The notes: generated from the letters alone by a model not told the origin. Shown: positions 7,678 to 16,282, counted from the stretch's first letter. The stretch is DNA of 64,000 nucleotides from an uncultured Lentisphaeraceae bacterium (GCA_964386385.1 CAYLRN010000001.1:172706-236705); one strand, 5' to 3'. Translations and numbers: made by a program.

Positions 7678-8526
7678 TTATGGGAGTCGGACGGCGACTT
7701 TCTTCGGCGGCATGACGTCGGGGAGACCGAGGGCCAGGTACTTCGCCCGCGCGTAGTCGTTGTACTCCAGCTCCACGCGAGCGTCCTTTGCGATGCCCAT
7801 CCCGTCGAGGTCGCGATGGCGCGCGGCAAGGTCTGCGCCGTCCGTCAGATTGGGAACGACGAGCAGGCGGACTTCCATTTTCGCCTTCGCCGCGACGAGC
7901 CGGGCGAGATTGCGCAGAATGAGCTCGTTTGATACGCCTGTGCATCGGCGATGGAGATCAGCGCCGTGCGCCTTGTAGTCGGGAAGCCACATGTCCGTCA
8001 CTGGAAGCATCGCCTCGATTGCGGCTGGCGGCGCGTGAAGCGACGTGTCCAGGCAGGTCCGCAATCCCGCCGCGCGGAAGCGCGCGAAGAGCTCCGCCGC
8101 CCATTCCCAGAAGAAGAGCGGTTCGCCGCCGGAGAGAGTGACGCCGCCGCCCGTCCGCTCGTAGAACGGCCTGTCTTCAAGCGCCAGCTCGACGATGCGC
8201 TCCATTGTCATCGGCTTCCCGTAGAACTTCAGCGCACCGGTCGGACACGTCGCCTCGTCGTTCGTGCAGACCTTGTGTCGAACGCACTTGTGCCGGAAGC
8301 GCGCCAACTGCGGCTTCGGGTCGATCGACTCCGGGTTGTGGCACCACAGGCATTTCAGCGGACACCCCTTGACGAAGAACGTCGTCCTCATCCCCGGGCC
8401 GTCCCATATTGCCATCCGCTTCACGTCGAGAAGCAGCGGCGTACGCAGCGGACGGCCGGCAGCGAACGCCGGCGCCAGAGCACATGACGCAACGCCTGCC
8501 AGGAATCCCTTGCGAGTCGTCTTCAT
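7678..8526 (-). CDS. Glycyl-radical-enzyme activating protein (radical SAM, PflA-like), 283 aa. It has an N-terminal Tat/Sec-like hydrophobic extension.
   Basis: CPLKCLWCHNPESI (CX3CX2C), WDGPGMRTTFFVKGC, and a ferredoxin-like Cys cluster CVRHKVCTNDEATC. Start ATG at 8526 overlaps the upstream GRE stop (ATGA). The N-terminus reads MKTTRKGFLAGVASCALAPAFAAG. Confidence 0.8.
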   Translation of the reverse strand: MKTTRKGFLAGVASCALAPAFAAGRPLRTPLLLDVKRMAIWDGPGMRTTFFVKGCPLKCLWCHNPESIDPKPQLARFRHKCVRHKVCTNDEATCPTGALKFYGKPMTMERIVELALEDRPFYERTGGGVTLSGGEPLFFWEWAAELFARFRAAGLRTCLDTSLHAPPAAIEAMLPVTDMWLPDYKAHGADLHRRCTGVSNELILRNLARLVAAKAKMEVRLLVVPNLTDGADLAARHRDLDGMGIAKDARVELEYNDYARAKYLALGLPDVMPPKKVAVRLP

Positions 8527-11393
8527 TGCGCGATTCCCTCCGCGCGCCGGATGTAGGCCTCCTGCTCCTTTCGCGGCATGTCGTTCCAGCGGACGTTCCA
8601 GCCGCACACGCGCACCTGCAGGTTCTCGTATTTTTCGGGCCGCCGCTGGGCGTCGCGCAGCGTCTCCACGTCCACGACGTTGAAATGGATCGCGCATCCG
8701 CCGTTCGCGAAATACGTCTGCACCAGCGCCTTCATCGCGTCAAGCCCCTTATCGCCTCCCACGGCGTACGGGAGAAGCATGACGTCGAGCGGGAAGTCGC
8801 CCGGCAGGTCGCGGGCGTCGAGGTGGGCGACGGATAGCAGAAGCGCCGTAACGCCCTCCGTGTCGGCGCCCATCGTGGGGGAGACGTTCTTGCTCATCTC
8901 CTCGCCGGCGCGGCGTCCGTCCGGCGTCGCGCCCGTGGCGCGGCCAAGGTCGATGAACTGCTTCGCGCAGTGTCCGCTCGCCTCGAACGCGCCGTTGCGC
9001 GAATTCGGGACGCCGTTCAGGCATTTAGCGTAGGCCTTGACGATTTCGTCGGCGAGATGGTTCGCCTCCGCGTCGTTGTTTCCCCACTTGCGCTTCGAGC
9101 GCTGCATCCTGAGGCGGAGGTCTTCACGCCCTTCCCAGTTCTTCGCCATCAGCGCGCCGAGTTCGGCAAGCGACATCTCACGGCGCTCGTAGACGATTTC
9201 CTCCACGGCGAGCAGCGCGTCGACCGCGGTGCCGAGGCCGGTCTGGAGGACGGAGGAGAAGTTGCCGCGCCGAGTGCCGTCGACGAATGCGTCCTTCCCG
9301 GTCATGACGCTGTATTCCGTGGCAAGCGAGAAGAGAAGGGACGGGTTGACTTCGGCAAGAGTCCTCTCCCACTCGAACGCGAGATTGCGGCTCTCGACGG
9401 TCGTCTCCGCAAGCCGCGCCAGGTAGGCCCGCCTGAACGCCGCGAAATCGGCGGCGGCGAAAGTCCCGTCCTTCGCGCGATCGAGCAGTTCCTCGACGAC
9501 CTTCAGCAGATTGACGTGGGAGATGCCGGTGCCGTTGTAGCCGTCCCTGAGGCCGAACTCGTAGCAGCCGGCGACGACCATCGCGCGGCAGTCCTCGTCA
9601 GTGCAGTCGCGTATCTTGCCCTTCAGCACGCGCGCCATCGGCTCTTCGCCGCAGAAGACGAGCGAACGGTGTCGGCGCGCCATGTCGAGGGCCTTACGCC
9701 AGACCCAGTCGGGGGTGGAGGCCGCCATCTTGAGCTGGACTTTCGGCGTCGGCAGGGCGAGTTCGTCGTGCACTTCAAGGAGAATGCGCGAGACCTCGTT
9801 GTACGCGCTCGTGCCGTCGGCGTTCGTGCCGCCGAAATAGACGGGCTGCCCCCAGTAGTTGTCGATCGACCCCCACTGCCACCAGAAGTGGCGGAGCTGT
9901 TCGCGGAACTCCGCCTCGGTCGTCCGCCCCGCCGCGATGTCTGCGCGGTAGTAGGGCGTAAGGAGGCGGTCGAGGTTGCCGAGGGAGCGGACCTGGAAGC
10001 TGTCGAAGTTCTCGCTCATCACCCAGTCGAGATAGATGAAGAGCAGGACGTCATAGGCCGTCCGCGGCGCGCCCGCGCGCAGGCGGCGCAGGGAATCGCG
10101 CTCCTTCTCGAGGCGGGAGACGCGCCGCGCATGAACCGCGCCGGGCGGGTCCGCCGCCTCGCTCCGCAGGGCAGCCAGACGACGCTCCGACTGGACGACG
10201 AGGCGGTCCAGATGGCGAAGGACGGCGTCTGCGGCCATGAGACGGCTTTCGTAGTAGGCGTTTCCGTCCTTCCAGTTCGCCAGCAGACGTTCCCGGAGGC
10301 CGGGGAAGCCGAGCGGCAGAATAGCGTCCCAGTCGGGGACGGAATGGTCGTAGTCCTTCCACATGTTCCAGCGTCCGGCCTTGCGCCCGGCATGGATCTT
10401 CGCCGGCACGTCCGGACACGTCCGGGCGTCCACCTCCCCGCTGCGCTGTCCCATGATGGAATTGAGAGGATGCCCGAACCTGTGCTTCGTCCAAAGCGCG
10501 TAGGCGGGAAACCAGTCAAGGGGCGAGACGTCTATCGCCGCGCGGTCGCAGCAGAACGCGAAGAGCTTAGCCTTTACGACGCTCCACGGCATTCTGCCCT
10601 TGCTCTCCTCCGCAAGCCTTGAGAGCGCCCCGCGCATCTCCTCGCGCTCAAGGCCGGTGGCGGGGTCTGCGACAGGGGTCCGCCACTTGAAGCGAAGGTA
10701 GTCCGCCTCGTTCGCGAACGGCGCGATCGTCCGTTCCTCGTACGGGGTCAGGACGACGTTGCGCAGACGTATCGCCACCCGTCCCTGCGGATAGGGCTGC
10801 GTCTGGAAGCCGATGCGTCCCGCGCGCGGAACTGTCACGAAGCAGCGGCTCACCTCCACTCCGTCCCACGAACACGCGACATCTCCCTCGACGCTGCGGA
10901 CGGCGAGGCGATGCCAGGCGCCGGGCGTCCGTCGCGCCGCTACGGCGCGGGGGATGCGATGGTAGCCGACTCCCGACATCGGACCCGACTGCGGCGTGGC
11001 GCCGACCATCAGCCCCGGCCATCCCCACAGGTCGCCGATGTCCGTCGTCTTCAACTGGAATTCAAGACCCGACGCCTGGTCGCCGTCGCCGACAAGAACG
11101 GCCAGCCCTCCGTCGCCGAACGAATCGTCGGCGTACTGTATTTCGGCCGTGAGCTTGAAATCGCGCCAGCGTTCCCTCGTCGTCAGGACGAGCGGCCTGG
11201 CGCCGTTCATGGTCAGGACGCCGTCCGCCAGGCTGAACGTCTCCGCGACGTCGGCGGCGGACTTCGCCATCGGGCAGTCGAAGTCCGCCAGCGTCCGCCC
11301 GGCGAACAGATCCACCGGCGGAAGCGCGGTCGGCGCGGCAAGTCCCGTCCATGCGGCAAGGACCCCGGCGGCGATGGCCATTTCAAGTTTCAT
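8523..11393 (-). CDS. Fusion protein of 956 aa: signal peptide + DUF1080 (3-keto-disaccharide-hydrolase-like/LamG-like) module + glycyl-radical-enzyme (PFL-family) fold.
   Basis: RBS AAGGAGG precedes the ATG at 11393. N-terminus is MKLEMAIAAGVLAAWTGLAAP. DUF1080 signature ...DFKLTAEIQYADD...GRIGFQTQPYPQGRVAIRLRNVVL. C-terminus QVRVCGWNVRWNDMPRKEQEAYIRRAEGIAQ parallels the PFL glycine-radical motif RVSGYAVRFNSLTKEQQ. AGCYEFG is the candidate thiyl-Cys loop. Confidence 0.75.
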   Translation of the reverse strand: MKLEMAIAAGVLAAWTGLAAPTALPPVDLFAGRTLADFDCPMAKSAADVAETFSLADGVLTMNGARPLVLTTRERWRDFKLTAEIQYADDSFGDGGLAVLVGDGDQASGLEFQLKTTDIGDLWGWPGLMVGATPQSGPMSGVGYHRIPRAVAARRTPGAWHRLAVRSVEGDVACSWDGVEVSRCFVTVPRAGRIGFQTQPYPQGRVAIRLRNVVLTPYEERTIAPFANEADYLRFKWRTPVADPATGLEREEMRGALSRLAEESKGRMPWSVVKAKLFAFCCDRAAIDVSPLDWFPAYALWTKHRFGHPLNSIMGQRSGEVDARTCPDVPAKIHAGRKAGRWNMWKDYDHSVPDWDAILPLGFPGLRERLLANWKDGNAYYESRLMAADAVLRHLDRLVVQSERRLAALRSEAADPPGAVHARRVSRLEKERDSLRRLRAGAPRTAYDVLLFIYLDWVMSENFDSFQVRSLGNLDRLLTPYYRADIAAGRTTEAEFREQLRHFWWQWGSIDNYWGQPVYFGGTNADGTSAYNEVSRILLEVHDELALPTPKVQLKMAASTPDWVWRKALDMARRHRSLVFCGEEPMARVLKGKIRDCTDEDCRAMVVAGCYEFGLRDGYNGTGISHVNLLKVVEELLDRAKDGTFAAADFAAFRRAYLARLAETTVESRNLAFEWERTLAEVNPSLLFSLATEYSVMTGKDAFVDGTRRGNFSSVLQTGLGTAVDALLAVEEIVYERREMSLAELGALMAKNWEGREDLRLRMQRSKRKWGNNDAEANHLADEIVKAYAKCLNGVPNSRNGAFEASGHCAKQFIDLGRATGATPDGRRAGEEMSKNVSPTMGADTEGVTALLLSVAHLDARDLPGDFPLDVMLLPYAVGGDKGLDAMKALVQTYFANGGCAIHFNVVDVETLRDAQRRPEKYENLQVRVCGWNVRWNDMPRKEQEAYIRRAEGIAQ

Positions 11394-11435
11394 GATACCT
11401 CCTTGAGTTCAATTGCCCCTGTGAATGGCGTTTCG

Positions 11436-14400
11436 TCAGAAAAGGCGGTTGGAGAGGAAGCAGGAGGCGACGACGTGGCCCTTGACGATGAATGTCGAGA
11501 CGGGGATGCGCATTCCGGTGAACTGCTTGAACCCCTGCAGCCACTGCCCCTTCAGCTCCAGTTCGAGGTCGCCCGTCTCGGCGCGGAACGAGACGACGCA
11601 CAGTTCGCGCGGCGAATAGCGGATTCCGGTGCCCAGGGCCTTCGAGACGGCCTCCTTCGCGCACCAGAAGCGGATGATGGCGCTTGGGGTGTCGACGGCG
11701 TTCATCGCCAGATCCTGCTCCTCCGGAAGGAAGACGCCGCGCGCGAATTCGTCGGAAAGATACCGGTCGAAGGCCTCCACGTCCACGCCGACATGGGCGT
11801 TGACCGCGACGGCGGCCATGATGAAGCGGGCGGTGTGGGCGATGGAGAGGTCGAAGTCGACGTCGCTGCGCATGTGGTGCAGCCACGGGCCCGTGACACG
11901 GGGCTTTCCGCTGGGGTCGGAATAGACCTGCACGTCGGCGTCGCTCCAGCGCGCCTGGTAGTATCTGTCCAGAAAGCGGCGGACCGCCTCCTTGGCGGCG
12001 ACGCGGCCGAAGAGCCATTCCGTCCGGCGCGCCACGCTGCCCTTCTCCTCCATCTCCGCGAACTCGTGGCGTTCGGTGCGTCCGAGGACGATGTGCGAGA
12101 GGGTCTTGAGCCAGAGTTCCTCGTTGCGTTCGAACATGGGGTAGTCGACGTCGGTCAGGACGGCGGTGGCCATCGCAAGGCCGGTCGCGCCCATGCGCTC
12201 CTCCGGGAGGGTGTGCGTCAGGTAGGTGCGCGCCGGTTCGAGGAGCATCTTTCGGTATTCGTCCGGCACGCGCTCGGTGTATTCCTCGTAGCCGCGCAGT
12301 TCCATGACAAGGTTTCCGTTGCCGTCGGAGACGAATATGTCGGAGATGAGGGACGTGGGGGTGACGCCGGTGTTGCGCAGATAGCAGTGCAGGCGGCGTC
12401 CGACGGGATGGGCGAGCGAGTGGAGGGAGAGGCCGCGGATGCGGAACGCATATGAAATCGCCCCGTGGAAGCGCTCGTGGCTGCGCCAGAGCTGGAAGCC
12501 GTCCGTGATCGCGGCCATGAGCTGCGGGTTGAGCACCCAGACCGGGACGGTCGTGTGGGACACCGCCCTGTCCGATTCTGGCACCTCAACTTCGTAGTCG
12601 AGCCCCGCCTCGCTCCATCGGTCCGCGCGGCGGATGCACTGCAGAAGCGAACCGGAGAAGAGCATGTCGGGATAGATGTCGCTCGTCTCCCAGTGGACGT
12701 CCCTCGGCGTAGTGCCGTGCTCCGGCGGCGTGAACGCCTCCGGCGGAAGGGGACCTTCGGAAAGGAGGAACGTCCCCTCCATCGCAGGCCACGTCCAGGC
12801 GGAACCGGGCGTGTCCTCGCGCACCTGGACGCGCACGGCGACGCGCGCGGAGGCGGAAGCCGCGACGCGCTCGGCCCGGACGAAGAGGCGGAGGCGGCCG
12901 TTCCTGAATGCGGCCATGCGCCGGCGCTGCAGGTCGTTCACCGCGACGACGTGGAGGCCCGGCGCCAGCTGCTGGGCGAGCTCTGCCATGATCTCCGCCG
13001 CGCCGACGAGCGTCAGCGCCGTAAACCCGCGAAGCGGCTCAAGCCCGGAGTCGGCGTGGTCGGGATGCGAGAGCTGCGACGTCCCGAGGGCGAAGTCGGC
13101 GAGGATCGGCTCCGCCTTGAGGTCGAACGTCTTCACCATCTCGATCGATATGCCCTGCTGGTGGGAGACGACGTCCATGTCTGAAATTAGCGGACACACG
13201 GCGCCGAAGCCGAACTGCTGTTCGCGGCGCCGCGCCTGGGCGGCGATGACGGCCGCGCGCACCGCGGCCCGGCTGCGGCGGTCCGACGCGCCGCCCATGG
13301 AGGGCGCAAGCGCGGAGACGGCCTGCGGCGGCGGGACGTCCACCGTCAGGGCGAGGCAGGGGAACTCGCGCGAAAGCGGCATCTCCGCCTCCATCCTGAC
13401 GTTGAGCGAGAGGGGCGACGAGAAGTCCAGAAGCCGGCATCTGCGCTGGCGGAAGAGAAGCGAGGGGTCGACGGCGGCGCCAAGGGCGGCGAGCTGGCCT
13501 ACGACGTGCATCAGCTGGACGAGGCCCACGCGGTGGATGGAGTCCGCCGCCATCACGACGCGCTCCTCTCCGCGCAGGACCTCGTCGGCAAGGCCGCAGC
13601 ACGTCCCGCGCGGGCCGACCTCCAGGAAGACGCGATAGCCGTCGGCGTACATTCTGCGAATCGTGTCCGCGAACATGACGGGCCGCACCCATTCCTCCGC
13701 CGCCTCGTCGCGCGCCTTGCGGACGCGGGGGTGGAGCGGTTCGGCGCGGCCGCACGAATAGACGGGGAACTGCGGCTTTTCGTCTATCCAGTTGGACGCG
13801 AACTTGCGCAGGAGCGGAAGCACCCCACGGCAGCCCGGCGTGTTGAACGGCCTGTCCACGGAAAGGCGGCGGACGCGCGCCCCGGCGGCGGAAAGGCGCT
13901 TCACGACGTCGGCGGCGCATTCCGGCGCGGCGGCGATTGTCATGTGGCGCGGGGAGAGGCGATACGCCACGCCGACCTTGTCAGGCGGGAACTCGCCCAA
14001 CGCGCGTTCCGTTTCGCCGGGGCTTGCAGAGACGACGGAGGCGAGGACGCACTTCGGAAGCCCCGAATGCCCCACCGCCGTGTTCACCACCTTGTACGTC
14101 TCCTGCAGGAATTTGAGCCGGTGCTTGCGCTCGAACTTCCCGAACATCCCGCTTGCGGCGAGGGCGCTCAAATCGCCTCCGGAAAAGCCCGTCGCCCCTT
14201 CCGGCACGATTCCGAGCGCGCGGAAGAGGCGCGTCAGCGCCATGTTGGCGGAATACGTGGAGACGACGGCCTCGGCGTAGCCGCCGGCCGCGAAGACGTC
14301 CGCGTCCCCGCGGTAGTACGGCGCCGGCGGGAATACGAACGACGACGGCTGGAAGGGGCCTGCGCCCTTCAGCGCGGCCTCGAGCTCGTCGAAGGGAAGA

Positions 14401-14819
14401 CGGCACTCGCGGAAGCGCACGGTGACGTCGCGAAGCATGTCGGGATAGAACGACATTGCGCCGGGATAGATGAACGCCAGCTTCCCGTCCGCGCCCTCGC
14501 CGAGGACGTGCCTGGAGAAGAAGTACGTCCCCGACTTGTCGCGCAGACGCTCCGTCTTCGCGTCGGCGATCCGCGCCGCGGCGGAGACGAGGCGGCCGCG
14601 CAGTTCCGGGACGTCGGAGACGACGAGCGCCAGAACCGCGGCCTTCTCGCCGTCAGCGAACCGGCGGGCGCACGTGTACGCGACGTCGCGCAGCTCCACG
14701 CCCGTGATCTGGTCGATGAACGACACAAGGCCGTTCACCTCGGACACAAGCCCATCCCTGTCCGCCGCGCCGAGCAGGACAAGTTCGCTTCCAAACCATT
14801 CGCTCAGGTCCGCGCTCAT
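11436..14819 (-). CDS. Multidomain PKS/FAS-like protein of 1127 aa: KS-AT-type linker + acyltransferase + dehydratase (hot-dog) + Sfp-type 4'-phosphopantetheinyl transferase. No carrier-protein domain was seen.
   Basis: AT: LAFIYPGAMSFYPDM, GFSGGDLSALAASGMF, FLEVGPRGT. DH: LSHPDHADSGLEPL...GAAEIMAE. PPTase: SGKPRVTG...FDLSIAHT, GVDVE, FWCAKEAVSKALGTG. The start overlaps the KS-like stop (ATGA). Confidence 0.7.
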   Translation of the reverse strand: MSADLSEWFGSELVLLGAADRDGLVSEVNGLVSFIDQITGVELRDVAYTCARRFADGEKAAVLALVVSDVPELRGRLVSAAARIADAKTERLRDKSGTYFFSRHVLGEGADGKLAFIYPGAMSFYPDMLRDVTVRFRECRLPFDELEAALKGAGPFQPSSFVFPPAPYYRGDADVFAAGGYAEAVVSTYSANMALTRLFRALGIVPEGATGFSGGDLSALAASGMFGKFERKHRLKFLQETYKVVNTAVGHSGLPKCVLASVVSASPGETERALGEFPPDKVGVAYRLSPRHMTIAAAPECAADVVKRLSAAGARVRRLSVDRPFNTPGCRGVLPLLRKFASNWIDEKPQFPVYSCGRAEPLHPRVRKARDEAAEEWVRPVMFADTIRRMYADGYRVFLEVGPRGTCCGLADEVLRGEERVVMAADSIHRVGLVQLMHVVGQLAALGAAVDPSLLFRQRRCRLLDFSSPLSLNVRMEAEMPLSREFPCLALTVDVPPPQAVSALAPSMGGASDRRSRAAVRAAVIAAQARRREQQFGFGAVCPLISDMDVVSHQQGISIEMVKTFDLKAEPILADFALGTSQLSHPDHADSGLEPLRGFTALTLVGAAEIMAELAQQLAPGLHVVAVNDLQRRRMAAFRNGRLRLFVRAERVAASASARVAVRVQVREDTPGSAWTWPAMEGTFLLSEGPLPPEAFTPPEHGTTPRDVHWETSDIYPDMLFSGSLLQCIRRADRWSEAGLDYEVEVPESDRAVSHTTVPVWVLNPQLMAAITDGFQLWRSHERFHGAISYAFRIRGLSLHSLAHPVGRRLHCYLRNTGVTPTSLISDIFVSDGNGNLVMELRGYEEYTERVPDEYRKMLLEPARTYLTHTLPEERMGATGLAMATAVLTDVDYPMFERNEELWLKTLSHIVLGRTERHEFAEMEEKGSVARRTEWLFGRVAAKEAVRRFLDRYYQARWSDADVQVYSDPSGKPRVTGPWLHHMRSDVDFDLSIAHTARFIMAAVAVNAHVGVDVEAFDRYLSDEFARGVFLPEEQDLAMNAVDTPSAIIRFWCAKEAVSKALGTGIRYSPRELCVVSFRAETGDLELELKGQWLQGFKQFTGMRIPVSTFIVKGHVVASCFLSNRLF

Positions 14820-16270
14820 CGCCGTTCCTCGCCTTCTGGTTCCTCCTCAAGCACCACCGCCGCCTTTCGTCCGCCCAGGTCGGAGACAAGCACGACCGCG
14901 CGGCGCGGCGACGACGGGTCGCCCGTGATCCACGGCCGCGGCTCGTTCAGCAGGTACACCGACGAGTTCGCGCTGGAGAGCTGCGCAAGCGGCGTCGCCA
15001 CCGGCATCTGCGGCGGAAGGATACGCCGGCGCAGGGCGATCGCCGCCTTGAGCAGTCCCGCCGCCGCCTCGGCGCGGAAGCAGTGCCCCACGTTCCCTTT
15101 CACGGAGCCGATGCCGACGAGCGGCCCGCCGGGGCGGTGCTCGCCCCAGACGGACTGCACCGCCTCCACTTCCGCGGCGTCCATTTCGGGGATACCGCAC
15201 CCTTCCGCCTCGACGAGCCCGATCGAGTGGAGCGGCGCCGCCGCGCGCTCCGCCGCATCCGCCAGCACGTCGGCGGCGGAGAGCTCCCCGCAGGAGACAG
15301 ACCTGACGAGCGCGTATATGCGGTCGTTCGCGGCAAGCGCGTCCGACTCGCGCTTCAGGACGAAGAACGCGCCGCCCTCGCCGGGAATCGTGCCGTGGGC
15401 GGACCGGTCGAAGGGAGTCAGTTCGGAGTCCTTGGAGAAAAGAACTTCGCCGGAGACGCCCTGAAGGAAGGCTCTGCTGAGCGGCGGCGTCAGGGCCCCG
15501 GCCAGCGCGACGTCCGCCCGGCCGCTGCGAAGGTCGTCCATCGCGCCGCGCAGCGACGCGACGCCGCTGAGAAAGCCGCCGTCTATCGTCGTCGCCCCGC
15601 CGGAAAAGGAGCATTCGTGCGCTATCCACGAGGCTATCCTGTGCCCTGAACCGGAAAGGAAGCTGGCGGCGTTCGCCTCCGGGAGGGAGGAAAGCAGCTT
15701 CTGCCTTATGTTCTCGAACGATTCCTGCGGGGCGTTGCGGAAGAACCTGCCGATGATCTCCATCGTCTGGTCGATGAAGAACGTGTGGTCGAGCCAGTTG
15801 ACCGTGGAGGCGTTGAAAGGCGGCGCGTAGCCGAAGCGCACCGTGCCGCGGTGCAGTTCGCGCCCATGCGGACGCATCCCCGCATCGACAAGCGCGTCGA
15901 ACGCCAGCTGGACGGCGAAGTAGAGATCCTGGTTTTCGCCCTTGTTTATCTGGCGCGGGAAGTTCTGGTCGCCGGGGACGCAGGCGTAGAGCCGCCCGAG
16001 CGTCCCGCCGTGCGTCGGATACGGGCGGTTGAAGAGGTTCTTCGCGCCCGGCAGCAGCGCGGTGTCGAACCCAAGCGGCGCGATGCCGCTCTTCTGGTGC
16101 ATTATCTGCCGCCAGAAGACGCCCGGGTCCGCCGCCTGCGCGAAACGGCATGACACGCCCACGATTGCTATTGGAATGCTTTGCACGCCACCAGTATAGC
16201 AAAAACGACCGCCGTGTTGTAGACACCGGCAATGGACAACAGGCGGCACGTTGTTGTACAATAGCCGCAT
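14816..16270 (-). CDS. Beta-ketoacyl-synthase-like protein with the active-site Cys replaced by Phe (KS0/chain-length-factor-like). The likely true start is the GTG at 16186.
   Basis: IAIVGVSCRFAQAADPGVFW resembles a PKS KS N-terminus. TIDGGFLSGV aligns to the TVDTACSSSL consensus, so C becomes F. GHCFRAEAAAGL keeps the His motif. Minus strand has TGcTATACT 6 nt upstream of GTG 16186. Confidence 0.65.
   Translation of the reverse strand: MRLLYNNVPPVVHCRCLQHGGRFCYTGGVQSIPIAIVGVSCRFAQAADPGVFWRQIMHQKSGIAPLGFDTALLPGAKNLFNRPYPTHGGTLGRLYACVPGDQNFPRQINKGENQDLYFAVQLAFDALVDAGMRPHGRELHRGTVRFGYAPPFNASTVNWLDHTFFIDQTMEIIGRFFRNAPQESFENIRQKLLSSLPEANAASFLSGSGHRIASWIAHECSFSGGATTIDGGFLSGVASLRGAMDDLRSGRADVALAGALTPPLSRAFLQGVSGEVLFSKDSELTPFDRSAHGTIPGEGGAFFVLKRESDALAANDRIYALVRSVSCGELSAADVLADAAERAAAPLHSIGLVEAEGCGIPEMDAAEVEAVQSVWGEHRPGGPLVGIGSVKGNVGHCFRAEAAAGLLKAAIALRRRILPPQMPVATPLAQLSSANSSVYLLNEPRPWITGDPSSPRRAVVLVSDLGGRKAAVVLEEEPEGEERR
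16186..16205 (-). promoter_or_regulatory. Extended -10 (TGcTATACT) immediately upstream of GTG 16186. This is a leaderless-type start for the KS-like gene.
   Basis: Minus strand reads ttTGcTATACTggtggcGTGcaaagcattccaatagca, which translates VQSIPIAIVG. Confidence 0.35.
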
Positions 16271-16282
16271 TCAAGGAGAACC

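Noticed and set aside
8970-10622. 550-aa plus-strand ORF
   Set aside because: It is antisense to the GRE fusion gene and is composition-driven.
10911-15464. Long plus-strand ORFs (514, 320, 652 aa) and minus-strand alternative frames (480 aa at 14847-16289)
   Set aside because: They overlap the KS-like and AT-DH-PPTase genes, whose translations carry clear catalytic motifs. The alternatives are Arg/Pro/Gly-rich.
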